From positions 1 to 52,912 of the forward strand of contig FLMG01003555.1 in NCBI GenBank assembly GCA_900088475.1: DNA of 52,912 nucleotides, given 5' to 3'. Shown here one piece after another: positions 41,441 through 52,754 of the stretch. The notes beneath the pieces were generated by a model, which saw nothing but the letters and a program-made list of their open reading frames with translations, was not told the DNA's origin and searched no databases. The stretch comes from Hyphochytrium catenoides. Its lineage: Eukaryota > Protista > Hyphochytriomycota. Both the position numbers and the translations under genes were made by a program. Numbering within the stretch: position 1 is the stretch's first letter; each line of letters starts with the position of its first letter.

Positions 41441-42631
41441 TCAGGACTTGAGAGCCAGGTAGGCGTTCCACCAAATCGCAACTAGGTTTCCTGGAGAGCA
41501 GCACCAGAGGTGAGAGCGCAGCATGGCAATGTGACTCCAATCGACAACCCACCGAACAAGACACGATATGGGGGCGGTGTGTACTGGAAGTTGATATACT
41601 GAGTTACGGTCCAAACCTAGATAATCTGGGGTTAGCCTTCTACGATTGGTTCAATCAGGTGACATTAAGACTGATATAAGAGAATGAGAACACGATAACA
41701 AGCTGAGGTAGTAGAGACCGCCACAATGAAGCGAGTGAGAAAGAGTACTACGTACCTTCCAATTTGTGAGTAGAGCATTTCTGTAGACAGCTGAGAGGTG
41801 CTTGGCAGACTGAGCAAACGAATTACCGTTGAGTAGTTGTATCTGTGAGGAGGACGGGACGAGCTATCAGACTCCCTCTGAGCCATGGTTGGATAGCCAG
41901 CTGGTCGTGTACAATCCGCTTACCGCTATCAGGGAAACGACCAGGAATGGAGGTGTGAAGAATAGTCTATCTAGTAGCAGCTTCTTATACAACGCCTGAA
42001 GAATGCAGATGAGTGTCGGAGATCCTTCAGTATGGCCCTCAGGGGCGCGAGTCATTCGCCTTACATGTTTGCTTGCTGTGGGAGCCAATTTCTCTAGCAA
42101 TGCATACCAATAGTGGATGGCTGGGCCCGTAATAAGCCCACTAGCAGGCAAAGATCAACAGTACATGTCAGCTCTCCTGTTGCTCATCACCAAGTAGCCG
42201 TCCAAAGTCACTAACCCGAACAAGCACATAGCAAGAACGCGTTTAGCTTGTAACGTTGACAAGTTACCCCTGGATCTGACGTACGTAGCTACAGGTATGC
42301 CGGTTAGTGAGAGATAAGGACCAGTGCAGGGGGTGCACAGCCACTTACCGATAACTTCCCCAAGTCCAGATAATGTAGCAGAGGTGAGAGCTTTTGTCCT
42401 ATAATCAATGAAGATTTTGTGAGAGCTCTGACTTCGGTGGCTCTCGCAACTGGCAGTGTACTTGATACCTAAGAGGGTTCTGCTTCAATGCTCTCTGATA
42501 GGCCTGTGGTGGTGTACGTGCTAAGTCAATGAGACTTCATCTATTACGTATCAACAATGCAGATCGTCGGATCAGCTCACCTTCCATGGATTGGATGCCT
42601 GGATAGAAGAAGGGGTTCTCTCGCGGTCCAT
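41441..42631 (-). CDS. PXMP2: Mpv17/PMP22-family membrane protein (peroxisomal PMP22/PXMP2-like)
   Basis: Eight small exons giving WKAYQRALKQNPLRTKALTS, GPAIHYWYALLE, KKLLLDRLFFTPPF and NWKVWTVTQYINFQYTPPPYRVLFGNLVAIWWNAYL. Confidence 0.9.
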
Positions 42632-43156
42632 GATGCCCGATCCTGCTAGCAACCCCTTCAGGAGCCCGTCGCGGACTATTTAATATTTGTAATAACCTTT
42701 TCTCTCTCTTGGCTGCAGCAGGAGCTGAGACTCGCCGGACTTTCAATGCCAGAAGTGCCAGATCAGTCTCAAGCGAAGCGCCAGAGATCACAAGGTTGTC
42801 AGAACCGTTGACAAAAACGGGGAAGCTTATGTTCAGCAACGATCAATGAATGAGAGCTCCAACAAAGATATTTGTGAATGATCAGCCAATGTGAGTTGGG
42901 TCTGCCTTCCGAAGCCAAGCAAAGTTCGTTCTACTAGGCTGCTGCTGTGGCGCTCTGGCTGCCAAAGTTGCGAGAGACTGATGCATGGGTGAGTGCGCCG
43001 ACCGTAGTGGTACCGCTTTCTTTCTTTCTCGTGCCCCGCTTTGTTCCTAGGGAAAAAAAACATTTAGCAGTTTATACAGTAAAGCCCTCCTCCTCTATCA
43101 GACGCGTGGGTTTGGTCTCTGATACATTATTCACCGCTTAGATTACCCACAACCAT

Positions 43157-43345
43157 TCTATGACCTCAGGACCATGATGTTCATCGATTCTCTGATGATG
43201 TGAAAGATTTGTTGACGCTTCATACATCCTGTCTCAGGACATATCCTTCACACTTGGTACTCTTCTAAACCGTGGGATGATGATGTAGACCTTCTTGAGA
43301 ATCTGATTGCGAGGCGTATGAGCTCAGGCGAACAGCTTGTCCAAT
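43157..43345 (+). pseudogene. Decayed LicD/fukutin-family phosphotransferase fragment
   Basis: SFTLGTLL (43244-43267) is followed immediately, in another frame, by PWDDDVDLL (43270-43296). This is the GTLLG-x-R-x4/5-PWDDDxD signature with its middle deleted, and stops flank it. Confidence 0.5.
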
Positions 43346-45223
43346 AGTGCTACATAGCGAGCACTTGTAGGCAGAGTTGCTACTGGGAGCCTCTCCGGGG
43401 AAAGAGGCTTTAAAGTTGTCTTTTTTGCGAGAAGATTCTTCGCAGATACCGCGGTCAACCTCCTCTCCTAATAGTGCTAATAACCACCACCCACTACGTA
43501 CTCAGAGAGCTCACAAACGGAAGATGGAAGAAGTATTGGCGTTGATGAAATCAAAAGTCTATGCTTCAATAATCCCCGAGTAGAGCAACTGCGTTGCTCT
43601 AGCAAAAAATGGAGTACGACAGAGGTGAAGCGCGCCCGGACTTGGTCATATCTGGTTCTTGATGGCACCACCCAGTTACGTGCCATTGTCATCTGGTGGG
43701 ACCCAGAACCTTAAGCTTCACACTGGCGACAGCTTTTGAGACCTGGGAGAATAATAGTTGGGATAATCCGAGAGATAGCACCAGTTGACACATCCTATGT
43801 CAAAGTTGTCTTGGGTGACGAGCCCGGCAAGAATACGTCTTCCAGGTAGTCACTTTATACCCAGTACAGCTGTCCTGGTTAATCAGCCTGAGACCGGAAA
43901 GGCCTCGCGAACCCCGTTTTCCTTTCTGACAAAGCTGGCTTTCAGCTTATAAACCCTTCTTGGCTACCGATCTTGAGGCAGGATTCGTCTTTTCAAGGGG
44001 CATTCTACTCTTCTCCCAATGGGACAATTTGCCCAGAGTGCTAGTCTCCAATCAACCAGGTCGGTCACAGGAGAACGCCTTCTACATCATTGGTGGTGGT
44101 GGCGTGCATGGAAAAGAAGAAGCTGATATCTATCTGAATGACGCAGTTGCTCCACTTGGCAGGAAGTTATCGAAGCATAGACTGTTGATCCGGCGTGGTT
44201 AGCACTACTTGGGGGGTTGGAGGGGTGACCGCACACAAAGAGCTCACAAAGATGACTCTGCCTACAGCCGCTCGGTTTTGTAGCACTCTTATCAAGCTGT
44301 TCGACTGATCAAATACGCCTTGCAATCAGATCTAACGAGGAATCGGTCTCCATTCCACGTAGGGTGCGCAGCGGAACTTCAGCAGGTTCATCCTCCACCA
44401 CTATTACCAAGCGGTCACACACTCTGCTGGGCGTGACTCCTCCCTCAACACTAGGAATCGTAAGAAGGGTCTCTCTTCCTTTTCCTGTCGAGGCATCATA
44501 AAGTGAATAAGCGCAGCCTCAAACAGCGTCACAAGACTACTACTTGTACGATACGCTGCACTCCTGAACTGGCCTGGGAGCACGACGACTGCCTGCTCTC
44601 CTGCAATGTGACGATGGAAAGCTGAGAATCCCATCATCGCCAAATAAAAGCTCCGTACCATCCACATCCAAAGCTGCAGACCATATTTTGCCCTATTGTT
44701 CCCTCAGTGCCTAATCAGGAGAGGTACATTAGATCTTTTATTAGAAAGCTATCTAAATAGAAGTGGTTCTTAAGGGTCATACGACTAAATTAGGAGAGCA
44801 CAAGGATGTTGAGTTTAGAATCAACATCTGTGATTATCGGGGGCAAGAGGTGCTTTATGTTTAAGGCGGCTGCGCTGGCTCTTAGTAGTACCCTCTCTTT
44901 AAAGGACCTCTGTCTCGAGAGCAAGGAAAGTACGAAGTTCAAATGTGGACGAGTTCCCGCGCTCAGTCAGATAGAATGACGGCAGAAGAAAGGCGGCAAC
45001 CTGCCGCTGGAAGCTGGAAGCCACAAGTGATGCTGGTCCAGACTGGCGCCTCCTAGCCTCTCTCGCTTCCTATACTGTCGAACATTCCTATAACTGTTAC
45101 CAAGTCACCCTAGGAGAGCCGAAGGCCATTATTGGTCTTACAGGTGGCGCCGACGCTCCGCGGTGTCCGTTGGCTCACTTACAACGCTTGCTGTGTGTGT
45201 GGATTGGGCCAATCTGAAGAACA

Positions 45224-46715
45224 ATGACAGACCAGATGCATCTAGAGCACCCGGAGGACATGCAGGAGGTACTTCCTGAACGCCTACTAAGCTGGTGAGA
45301 GAAGATCTAAGCTTCTTCTCGTATTTATAGGAGCAAGTCGGTCCTCTGCATATCTCGCGTCTTGAGGGGAATGGCATCAATGCAGCCGATGTTAAGAAGC
45401 TTCAAGAGGCAGGCTTTCACACCGTGGAGTCGGTACGGTCGTTGTGGCCCTCAACCTGCTTGCCCACCTAAACCTGTCCACCTCTCTTCTGCCGTGCAGA
45501 TCGCAATGGCAACAAAGAAGTCTCTATGTAACATAAAGGGCATCAGCGAGGGGAAAGCAGAGAAACTTCATAAACAGGCATCACAACTCATCCCTCTAGG
45601 GTTTACGACAGCAACAGAAGCCTTCAGAACACGTCAGGACATGATCTCGCTGACAACAGGCTCGAAAGATGTGGATACTCTTCTCCAAGGTGACTAGTAA
45701 TTGTAACCAATGGCCTACCCTTATCTCGTCAAACCCTCATGTTGACCTTTGACAACGTACAGGTGGAATAGAGACGGGGTCTATCACAGAGTTGTTTGGG
45801 GAGTTCAGGTGCGGCAAGACACAGCTATGCCATCAGCTCTGCGTAACATGCCAGCTACCTTTGGACTCTGGAGGAGGAGAAGGAAAGGCCTTGTACATTG
45901 ATACAGAGGGAACCTTCCGTCCACAGAGACTGGTTGCCATCGCTGAGAGATATGGTCTCAACCGTAAGTGGCCAGCCTGCACCTTTAGGTAGGGTTTAGT
46001 ACTCACTTATCGTTGCTTCTATAGCTGATGACGTGCTGGACAATGTGGCGTTCGCCCGCGCGTATAACTCTGAGCATCAAATGCAGCTCTTGGTTCAAGC
46101 CTCCGCTATGCTGGCAGAATCACGGTATATGAGCCTCCAGATCCATTTTGCCCTTCTCGTCAAGCACCCTTACCTTTCACACCTTTAGCTATGCTCTCAT
46201 TGTGGTGGATAGCGCGACGGCCCTCTTTAGAACAGACTATTCTGGTCGTGGGGAGCTTGCTGCACGACAGCAAGAACTGGCCAAGTGAGTAAGCCCACAA
46301 TGACTAAGCCCCATCGCAGCGTACCTAACTAATGCCCATGCAGATTCCTCCGTCAGTTAACAAGGTTTGCAGATGAGTTCGGTGTCGCGGTGGTCATCAC
46401 TAACCAGGTTTGCACTGGCTTCTAAATCTCTTGTTTTCCTGTCGAAGTGAGGNNNNNNNNNNNNNNNNNNNNNNNNNNNNNNNNNNNNNNNNNNNNNNNN
46501 NNNNNNNNNNNNNNNCAGACTCGGGTATGTTTTCAAAAGACCCTCTCCAGCCCATTGGGGGGAATATCATTGCCCATGCTTCTCACACACGCCTGAGATT
46601 GAGGAAAGGGAGAGCAGAAAACAGATGCATTAAGGTTATTGACTCGCCTAGCCTACCAGAAGGAGAGGCCATGTTCTCTATATCGGAACAAGGGATCAAC
46701 GACCCTTCTGAATAG
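45224..46715 (+). CDS. RAD51: DNA recombinase RAD51 (part of loop L2 falls in the assembly gap)
   Basis: [104 protein letters not shown] and [11 protein letters not shown]. The last three are RAD51-type rather than DMC1-type. Confidence 0.95.
46453..46515. other. Assembly gap (63 N)
   Basis: Run of N covering the last RAD51 intron/exon boundary. Confidence 0.99.
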
Positions 46716-46946
46716 CGAAGGAAGAGACTGAACTGGGTCAACCGCAAGCGGTTTAGGGTTGGAGACGAGCTGTCTCCTGTTGCTCGAGGGCAACTTTCTA
46801 TGTACAAACTTGAACCACCGACTTCTAGGTGAACATGCTTTGTGAGATACAAGTCGGAAGACTCAATGCCACATAATGATAATAAATAAGAAAAGAAATA
46901 CGAAGGGGTAGGTGCGCGGGCCCCTTTAAGTAGACCCAAGCTTCTG

Positions 46947-47210
46947 CTAACTTGTTCCAGGAGACCTGACTTCCACCAACTCAATTTGATCGACCTTGGT
47001 GACAGTGTAGCCCTGTTTGCAGATCTCGCAACTCCTAGCCAATCTGCCGCACACCGCGCATACTCCCGCGGTAACTGGGTTTGGAATGTCTGCCGGACGG
47101 GGTACGAAACGAGGGTTGAAGCTTGTTTTGAAATACTCTTGTCCCGTTGGATGGCATAGAGCGCTGCTCCTAGGCAAAGCAGATCGAGCGAGAGCACGTA
47201 CGGCACTCAT
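46947..47210 (-). CDS. Small (87 aa) protein with a presequence-like N-terminus and CxxC-x6-CxxC motif
   Basis: MSAVRALARSALPRSSAL...CAVCGRLARSCEICKQG. The start context acaATG resembles that of RAD51 (acaATG). Confidence 0.5.
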   Translation of the reverse strand: MSAVRALARSALPRSSALCHPTGQEYFKTSFNPRFVPRPADIPNPVTAGVCAVCGRLARSCEICKQGYTVTKVDQIELVEVRSPGTS

Positions 47211-49053
47211 TGTGGGCGGCGTGGTACTTTTGTCAGCGAGCCGACTCCAGATTGGAATTCTTTTAGCCAATTATGAGTCTGGAAGTCTTGTGAGAATCCT
47301 GGTAAGCGGCAGCAAGACTTAGGGCTAATAATTGTAGCGGAGCCTGCAGTTCTGCAACTGAGGCTATGGCACACTCGCTCCAATAACGCCTGCTAGGTTC
47401 ATGGTTATTGCTCATCGGCTCATCGGGGATTGCCAAGATTGCCAATACATCAAGGATCTTGAAGCTTCACCTCGACCATCAATCTATCTCTGTCTTTCAT
47501 ACCAGCTGGAGCACCAATCGTCATTCCCTGTCCTCTCAAAGTCGTACCCCACCCATCATCAGAACCAGAAACCAACAGAATCAACAAGGGAAAGATCACA
47601 AAGAGGGAATAACTACAATGTAATAGATGTTGATAATCACACGTTCGTCTATGAGAGCATGAGAGCTCTTGGAAAGCCTATGAAAACACCCTCCCAGCTT
47701 TTCCTAAGATAATATTCGTAGGCTTCCTGAATCATCAGCCAGCTTCTCCATTGGTCGCAAGCAGAAAATGTGATCTTCTGCGGATGACTCTGCTGTTATG
47801 TTGACCGCCGGATATCTGCATAGCTCGCGCTACTGTTGAGGGCAAGGGGTGGCAGGTCTTATCATATCAGCGGTGGATCACCTAACTGCGTCGGGGAGCT
47901 AGTTGAGCGCGCTCAGGAAGGACTAGGCTCTTGGTATAGGAGGTCGATCCACGTGAGAGGCAGTTTAGAAGCTTCAGGTCAACACGGCTGAGGGTCGACC
48001 AAGCGACAGGAACTGCCCCCACTTCGCCCTCACCGCCTTTGAATACTCACGGTCATTTGCAAGCCAAGGTCAATGGTTTCGGTTTGCACCTCCCCACAGC
48101 CATCATCTTCACATCTTTGTAGCTCTTCTTCTGCCTCGCTGGCCTCGTCGAGGCTGGCTACTATTCTATCTTCCTCAAAGTCGTAATCACCTTCTGAATC
48201 ATCGTGACTTGTTTACTTGGTGTGGGTCCAGAGGTCGTGAAAGATCTGATTTTCAGAGGGAGTGCAAGTGACTGTGATGCCTTCGCCGGTGCCTTAATGT
48301 TCCAGGTTGTGATGTTGGGGCAGTCTTTATAGCTTATTATTCCCGTTGAGGACGGAGGCCGCGGCCGCCACGGCTGCTTCCTCTACATGTGAGGAGAACT
48401 GATATCCTTAGCCCTGTTGACGTGGCAGTTATATAACTTGCTTCTGCCGAATGTTCGACCTCCTTTCCAAGGCGCCTAGTCGTTCCGCTCATGCTCAACT
48501 AGCTCTGCGGCGCAGTTAGGTATTACACCGTGATTTTAGACCCCGCGATTGTCTGACCTGTAGTTCGCCATTGTGTCCTTGCCGGCTCCTTGTTGGATGC
48601 AAAGTGAGTCCACGAGAGATCTTCGAAAGAGACGGAAGGTGAGTTGGTATGGTCAGCAAGGACAATTCAGCGCACATAACAGTTAGCTGTCGTTCCTGGC
48701 GAACTATATTCCTTCTATAAATGTGAAAGAAGGCTGTCCCCTCAAATATTCTAGTGTATAAAAGCATGCTCATTTCTCCTCTCGGCTCGCCTTTCGGGGT
48801 ACATCTTTCGGCCCTACCCTCGTCTGTGCCTTCTTTTCGCTTTCTTCTCCTTCCAATGTGTCTAATCATCCTCTCTTTTGGTAATAGTTTTCTAGAGTCA
48901 ATGTCTAAGTCTCACTGTTTAGCTGAGCTCCCTGTTTGTTCTGGGCTCTATGCAGCCAGAGGCATCTTCAAATTGATACGTCGGGCCGAAGAAGGGAAGC
49001 ATATGGAAGCTGTTATTATTCTTAGAACAGGACGTCTTCTACCACCCTGGACA

Positions 49054-51598
49054 TCAGAAGAACGATTTGAAAAAGCCCAAGATGTCATCTGTCCAGTCTC
49101 CTTCCTCCTCGTTTACCGCTTCGATCAAGGCCTTGATCCCATCGTGGGAAAGGTCATCAAGCCCAACCGTCAAATGAAATAGCAGCGGGTCTTGTGCCAC
49201 CTGCTTCAGGAGACTAACAAATGCCATTGCTCCTTCGTCTTCCATTGGATTGCCATCCAGGCCTAGGTGAAAAATTAAGTATTGCGAACCCTTCTCGCCT
49301 CTCTTCAGCATTGCGGCCGCGAGCCTTTGAGCACCACGAGGGCCGATTGCGTTCTGGGATAGGGAGAGATAATGGATGGTACGATTCTCTTCCAACATTG
49401 AAGCCAGCGCAGATGCTCCTTTATCGTCGATATTTTGGCTTTCCAAAATTAAAACCTCAAGTGTGGAGTTGGCCTTTAAGCTATCTGCTAGATGAGCCAC
49501 CCCAGTCCCTGTTATCTTCCTTGCAGGCTTTGAAAGCTGACTCTTTCTAGATAATGAACGGGGAGATGTCCTCCAGTGTTCATAGTAGCAGCCTCGAGCT
49601 AGCGTGGGGAGCATCCCCACTTCGCTGCTATACATGTTCCCATCTTCATAGCGTCGCTGCGCTCTCCATATATGCTTGATTATGTCGTCTTTGCCTTGGA
49701 CCGAAGGTAAGGAGTGAAGCCGCTGCTGCGCTGATCTCCGCATTGGTGCAAAATCAGTTTGAGACTGACTTAGGCTGTTCACTCCATTCGTGGGAGACCT
49801 GCCGACGTCCCACGTTGCATAATTTGCCCCAGCTAGCTCGAGAGTTGCAAGGGATCGGTTCTCCTTTAATCCTTCTGCAAGGCCCTGGCATCCCTCATCA
49901 CCAATGTCACACTGTGAGAGAAAGACGTCCATTAGGCATTTATTTGTGACAAGACCCTTGCCAATTGCCGTTGCTCCGTCGTCCCCGAGCGGATTTGAAG
50001 AGAGGGAGAGGGTCTTTAGGGTACGGTTGCGCTCAAGTAGCCGTGTCAAGCCCTTAGCGTGCGCACCGGTTATATGATTGTGATCCAAGACTAACGTTGT
50101 GATCTTCTTGTGATCTTCAAGAGCGGCAAAGAGCGCCGATACATCTTTGAGGTTGTTATCAGCAAGCACAAGGCCCCTGATACTGTTGTTGACCTTAAGC
50201 CCAGCTACGAGCTCGTTCAGAGCTTCTTTATCTTGAAGACCACATTGACTTACGAAGATTAGCCCTAAGGTCTTGGATGACCCAACAGCAGACCCAATCT
50301 CCTTCCAAACCTTACGTGATTCCTCAGCATTATCGAGAGCCGCTCCACAATGCCGGAGGTCTAAGCCCGCTAGGCTCTTATTTGCCTTTAGGACAGCCGG
50401 CCATTGATGCCACGCCTTGACCGAGAGCTGAACATCTTGAAGCGATAGCAATCGTAACGTCGTATTTGTGGTTAGAGAATCCACAATTTCAGTCCGCTTC
50501 ACCACTGAGAGCTCCGCCAAAGATTTTAACGACAAGAAGAGAAGTATTTGTCTTCAGAAGCTCTGCCAGCTGATGCCCCGAATGGTCTCTCAGATTGTAA
50601 ATTTCAAGCTTTTTCAAAGAAGAATTCTTGTCAGTGATGGCCTTGAGAACGGAGCTCAGGCCTCCGCGATACGCTTCATCTTCTTTCTCCTCCCTGCCTG
50701 ACGGAGGTGCATTGCAAAGGTTGAGGATTTGCAGGCGGGAGTTATTTGCCAAACCCCGAGCGATGCAGTCCAGACCTGCTTGGTCAAACGGTACATGGGA
50801 AAGATCAAGGTTCAGAAGTGTAGACTGCTTTGAGCTGAGGATTTGCTGAATGTATTCCGCAGATTGATTGGTTAGTTGGCACGAAGGATAGACAAAGAGA
50901 GCCTCCAGCTGCAAGCCTGCATCGACCGCATTTGCCAAGAGCTTCAATAGGAAGTCGGTTATAGCTTCACCTCCAAGTCCAAGGCCGATCGGAGTTTGCC
51001 GCTGCACAAGGCTGCTGACGAAGGCTTCTTCCCATCCAGTGTCTAATCCACCGCCCGTCAGGGTAGGAAGAATGGCACCAATGTTCAAGACACGGACACT
51101 CTTATTCCTTTCCAGTCCCTGTGCAAGTAGGATCATGTCTTTCGAGTGGATGCTGTGAAAGTGAAGCCCACTTATTCGACAAGAGCTACCTACTACGTCA
51201 GCCTCCTTCTCACCATGTTCGCCTCCCGCTGTAGGATGATGGTCTTGTGCAGTGTATTCGATATCACTGGTCCCAGCTGAGAGAATCTCACTCAATAGCT
51301 TGGTGTCGTGAGAGGTAAGGAGAAAACCAAGGACGATCTTTCGAATGAAGTCTCCTCCCTTTAACACGGATGCAATACGCTTTGCGTCGTCTCCAAGCGG
51401 TGAGAATGGGCGCCGCCGCGGGTTCAATGGCGCGTTATAGAAAGTAGAGTCCAATGACGTCCCCCTCAGAAGACGCTGTCGAGCGTCTTCGTCAGTAAAT
51501 ACCGCGCGCCTGCGTGTCTGGTCAGAGAGTGACCCGTCAAGTTCAAGAAAGGGAAGACCGCGCCTCTCTTTGATGTCCTTTGCAACGCAGTTGCCCAT
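49054..51598 (-). pseudogene. Intronless RNI-like/NLRC3-like leucine-rich-repeat gene, split by one frameshift near 50494 (pseudogene, null allele or assembly error)
   Basis: ORFs 51598-50489 and 50535-49054 carry continuous ~28-aa LRRs (LERNRTLKTLSLSSNPLGDDGATAIGKG). The N-terminus MGNC is a myristoylation/palmitoylation motif. No phase-correcting intron is evident at the junction. Confidence 0.8.
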
Positions 51599-52462
51599 GA
51601 TGGCTTACTCTTGCTTGGTATCTAATAATCACTAAGGCACACACAACAAGAAAGAATGGGCTATCTATAAGATAGCCGAGATGGTAACCCACACGGGATG
51701 CTACAATGAAAGCAATGAAGAAAAGCGATGCAGCTGATATTGAGGCTCACCCTTCTCTCGGGCATGCGTTGAACAAGTAGATGAACCGACGAGAAAAGAT
51801 ACGAGGTCTTCAATACGAAGCAGCCAGTGAATTGTGAACTGGACCGCAGGCCAGGAGAGGAGGATGGTGCAAAGCTCTGCATTCTCAGTGGAGTGAGAGA
51901 AGTGTATCAAACTTTACTCAGTACGTGTGGCTTGCGGCGGTCAGTGTGGCTTGCAGCGTCATAGCTCTCTTTGACTCACACTAATAGCTGTAGCTGTAAC
52001 CTGCTATTACTACTACGGGTCATCCTCCACGAAAAACTGCCTAAAATGCTACACGCCATTCCTAGTCACTCTTGATCAACGGTGTGGCACACACGAGGCG
52101 CTGTTCCTCTCAGAAAGAGGCAGCTCAGTGAGTAGTGGTGTGAGACAGCAGTTCTGAGACCATCAAAAATGGATGACAGTGACGATGAGAACGGATGAAG
52201 GAAGATGGGAAAGGTTATTCGGAGACTCTGGGTGAACTACCTCTTAGGACCAAAACGGACAGAAGTCCTTGAGGTCTAAGTCTGGGAACCAAGCTTCAAG
52301 TCCTCCATCTTCCCCTTCTACCAGTCGCCAAGTGTTCCTCTTCCAAGCTACGAGTAGCGACGGCAAAGGCTAGCTCCTACAGTCTTCCTGGACTGCGAAG
52401 CTGGTGCCTCTTGGACGATGTGCGGGAGCGACGCGGACCCGAACACAGCAGCGCCGGAGAGA

Positions 52463-52566
52463 GACCCTATTTTATGGAATCCCCCCGGAGATATTCGGGA
52501 TCTGGCCGGAGGTGAAAGTTTCGGTGAAGCTTTCGAATTATCTTCGGGATCCCATAAAATAGGGTC
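52463..52566 (+). ncRNA. Candidate structured RNA / pre-miRNA-like 104-nt hairpin
   Basis: Perfect 15-bp basal stem GACCCTATTTTATGG/CCATAAAATAGGGTC. Pairing continues to an apical GTGAAAG loop, with most imperfections being G·U on the + strand. No target-site duplication. Confidence 0.45.
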
Positions 52567-52754
52567 CGCCACTCATTCAGGCTGTATCTTCATTACGATG
52601 TCACTGCGACTGCTTCTGCCCAAAGAGAAGAGGTTGTTGAAGCCCTTTTCCTATTCTACATTACCAGCTCTCCCACCACCTTTTTTCCCGTATATAGCTC
52701 TTCGTTTCCCCACCACCAACCCTAACTCTTCCTTCTTCCCATTGCTGGGCTCCG

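Noticed and set aside
45224-46715. Calling the recombinase DMC1
   Set aside because: [24 protein letters not shown] and GGNIIAHAS are RAD51-diagnostic.
50489-50491. Selenocysteine or stop readthrough at the LRR TGA, or an alternative genetic code
   Set aside because: The LRR continues in a different frame, and all conserved genes translate with the standard code.
52048-52150. Two small hairpins with ANANNA and ACA words (H/ACA snoRNA-like)
   Set aside because: Upper stems and pseudouridylation pockets are poorly formed.
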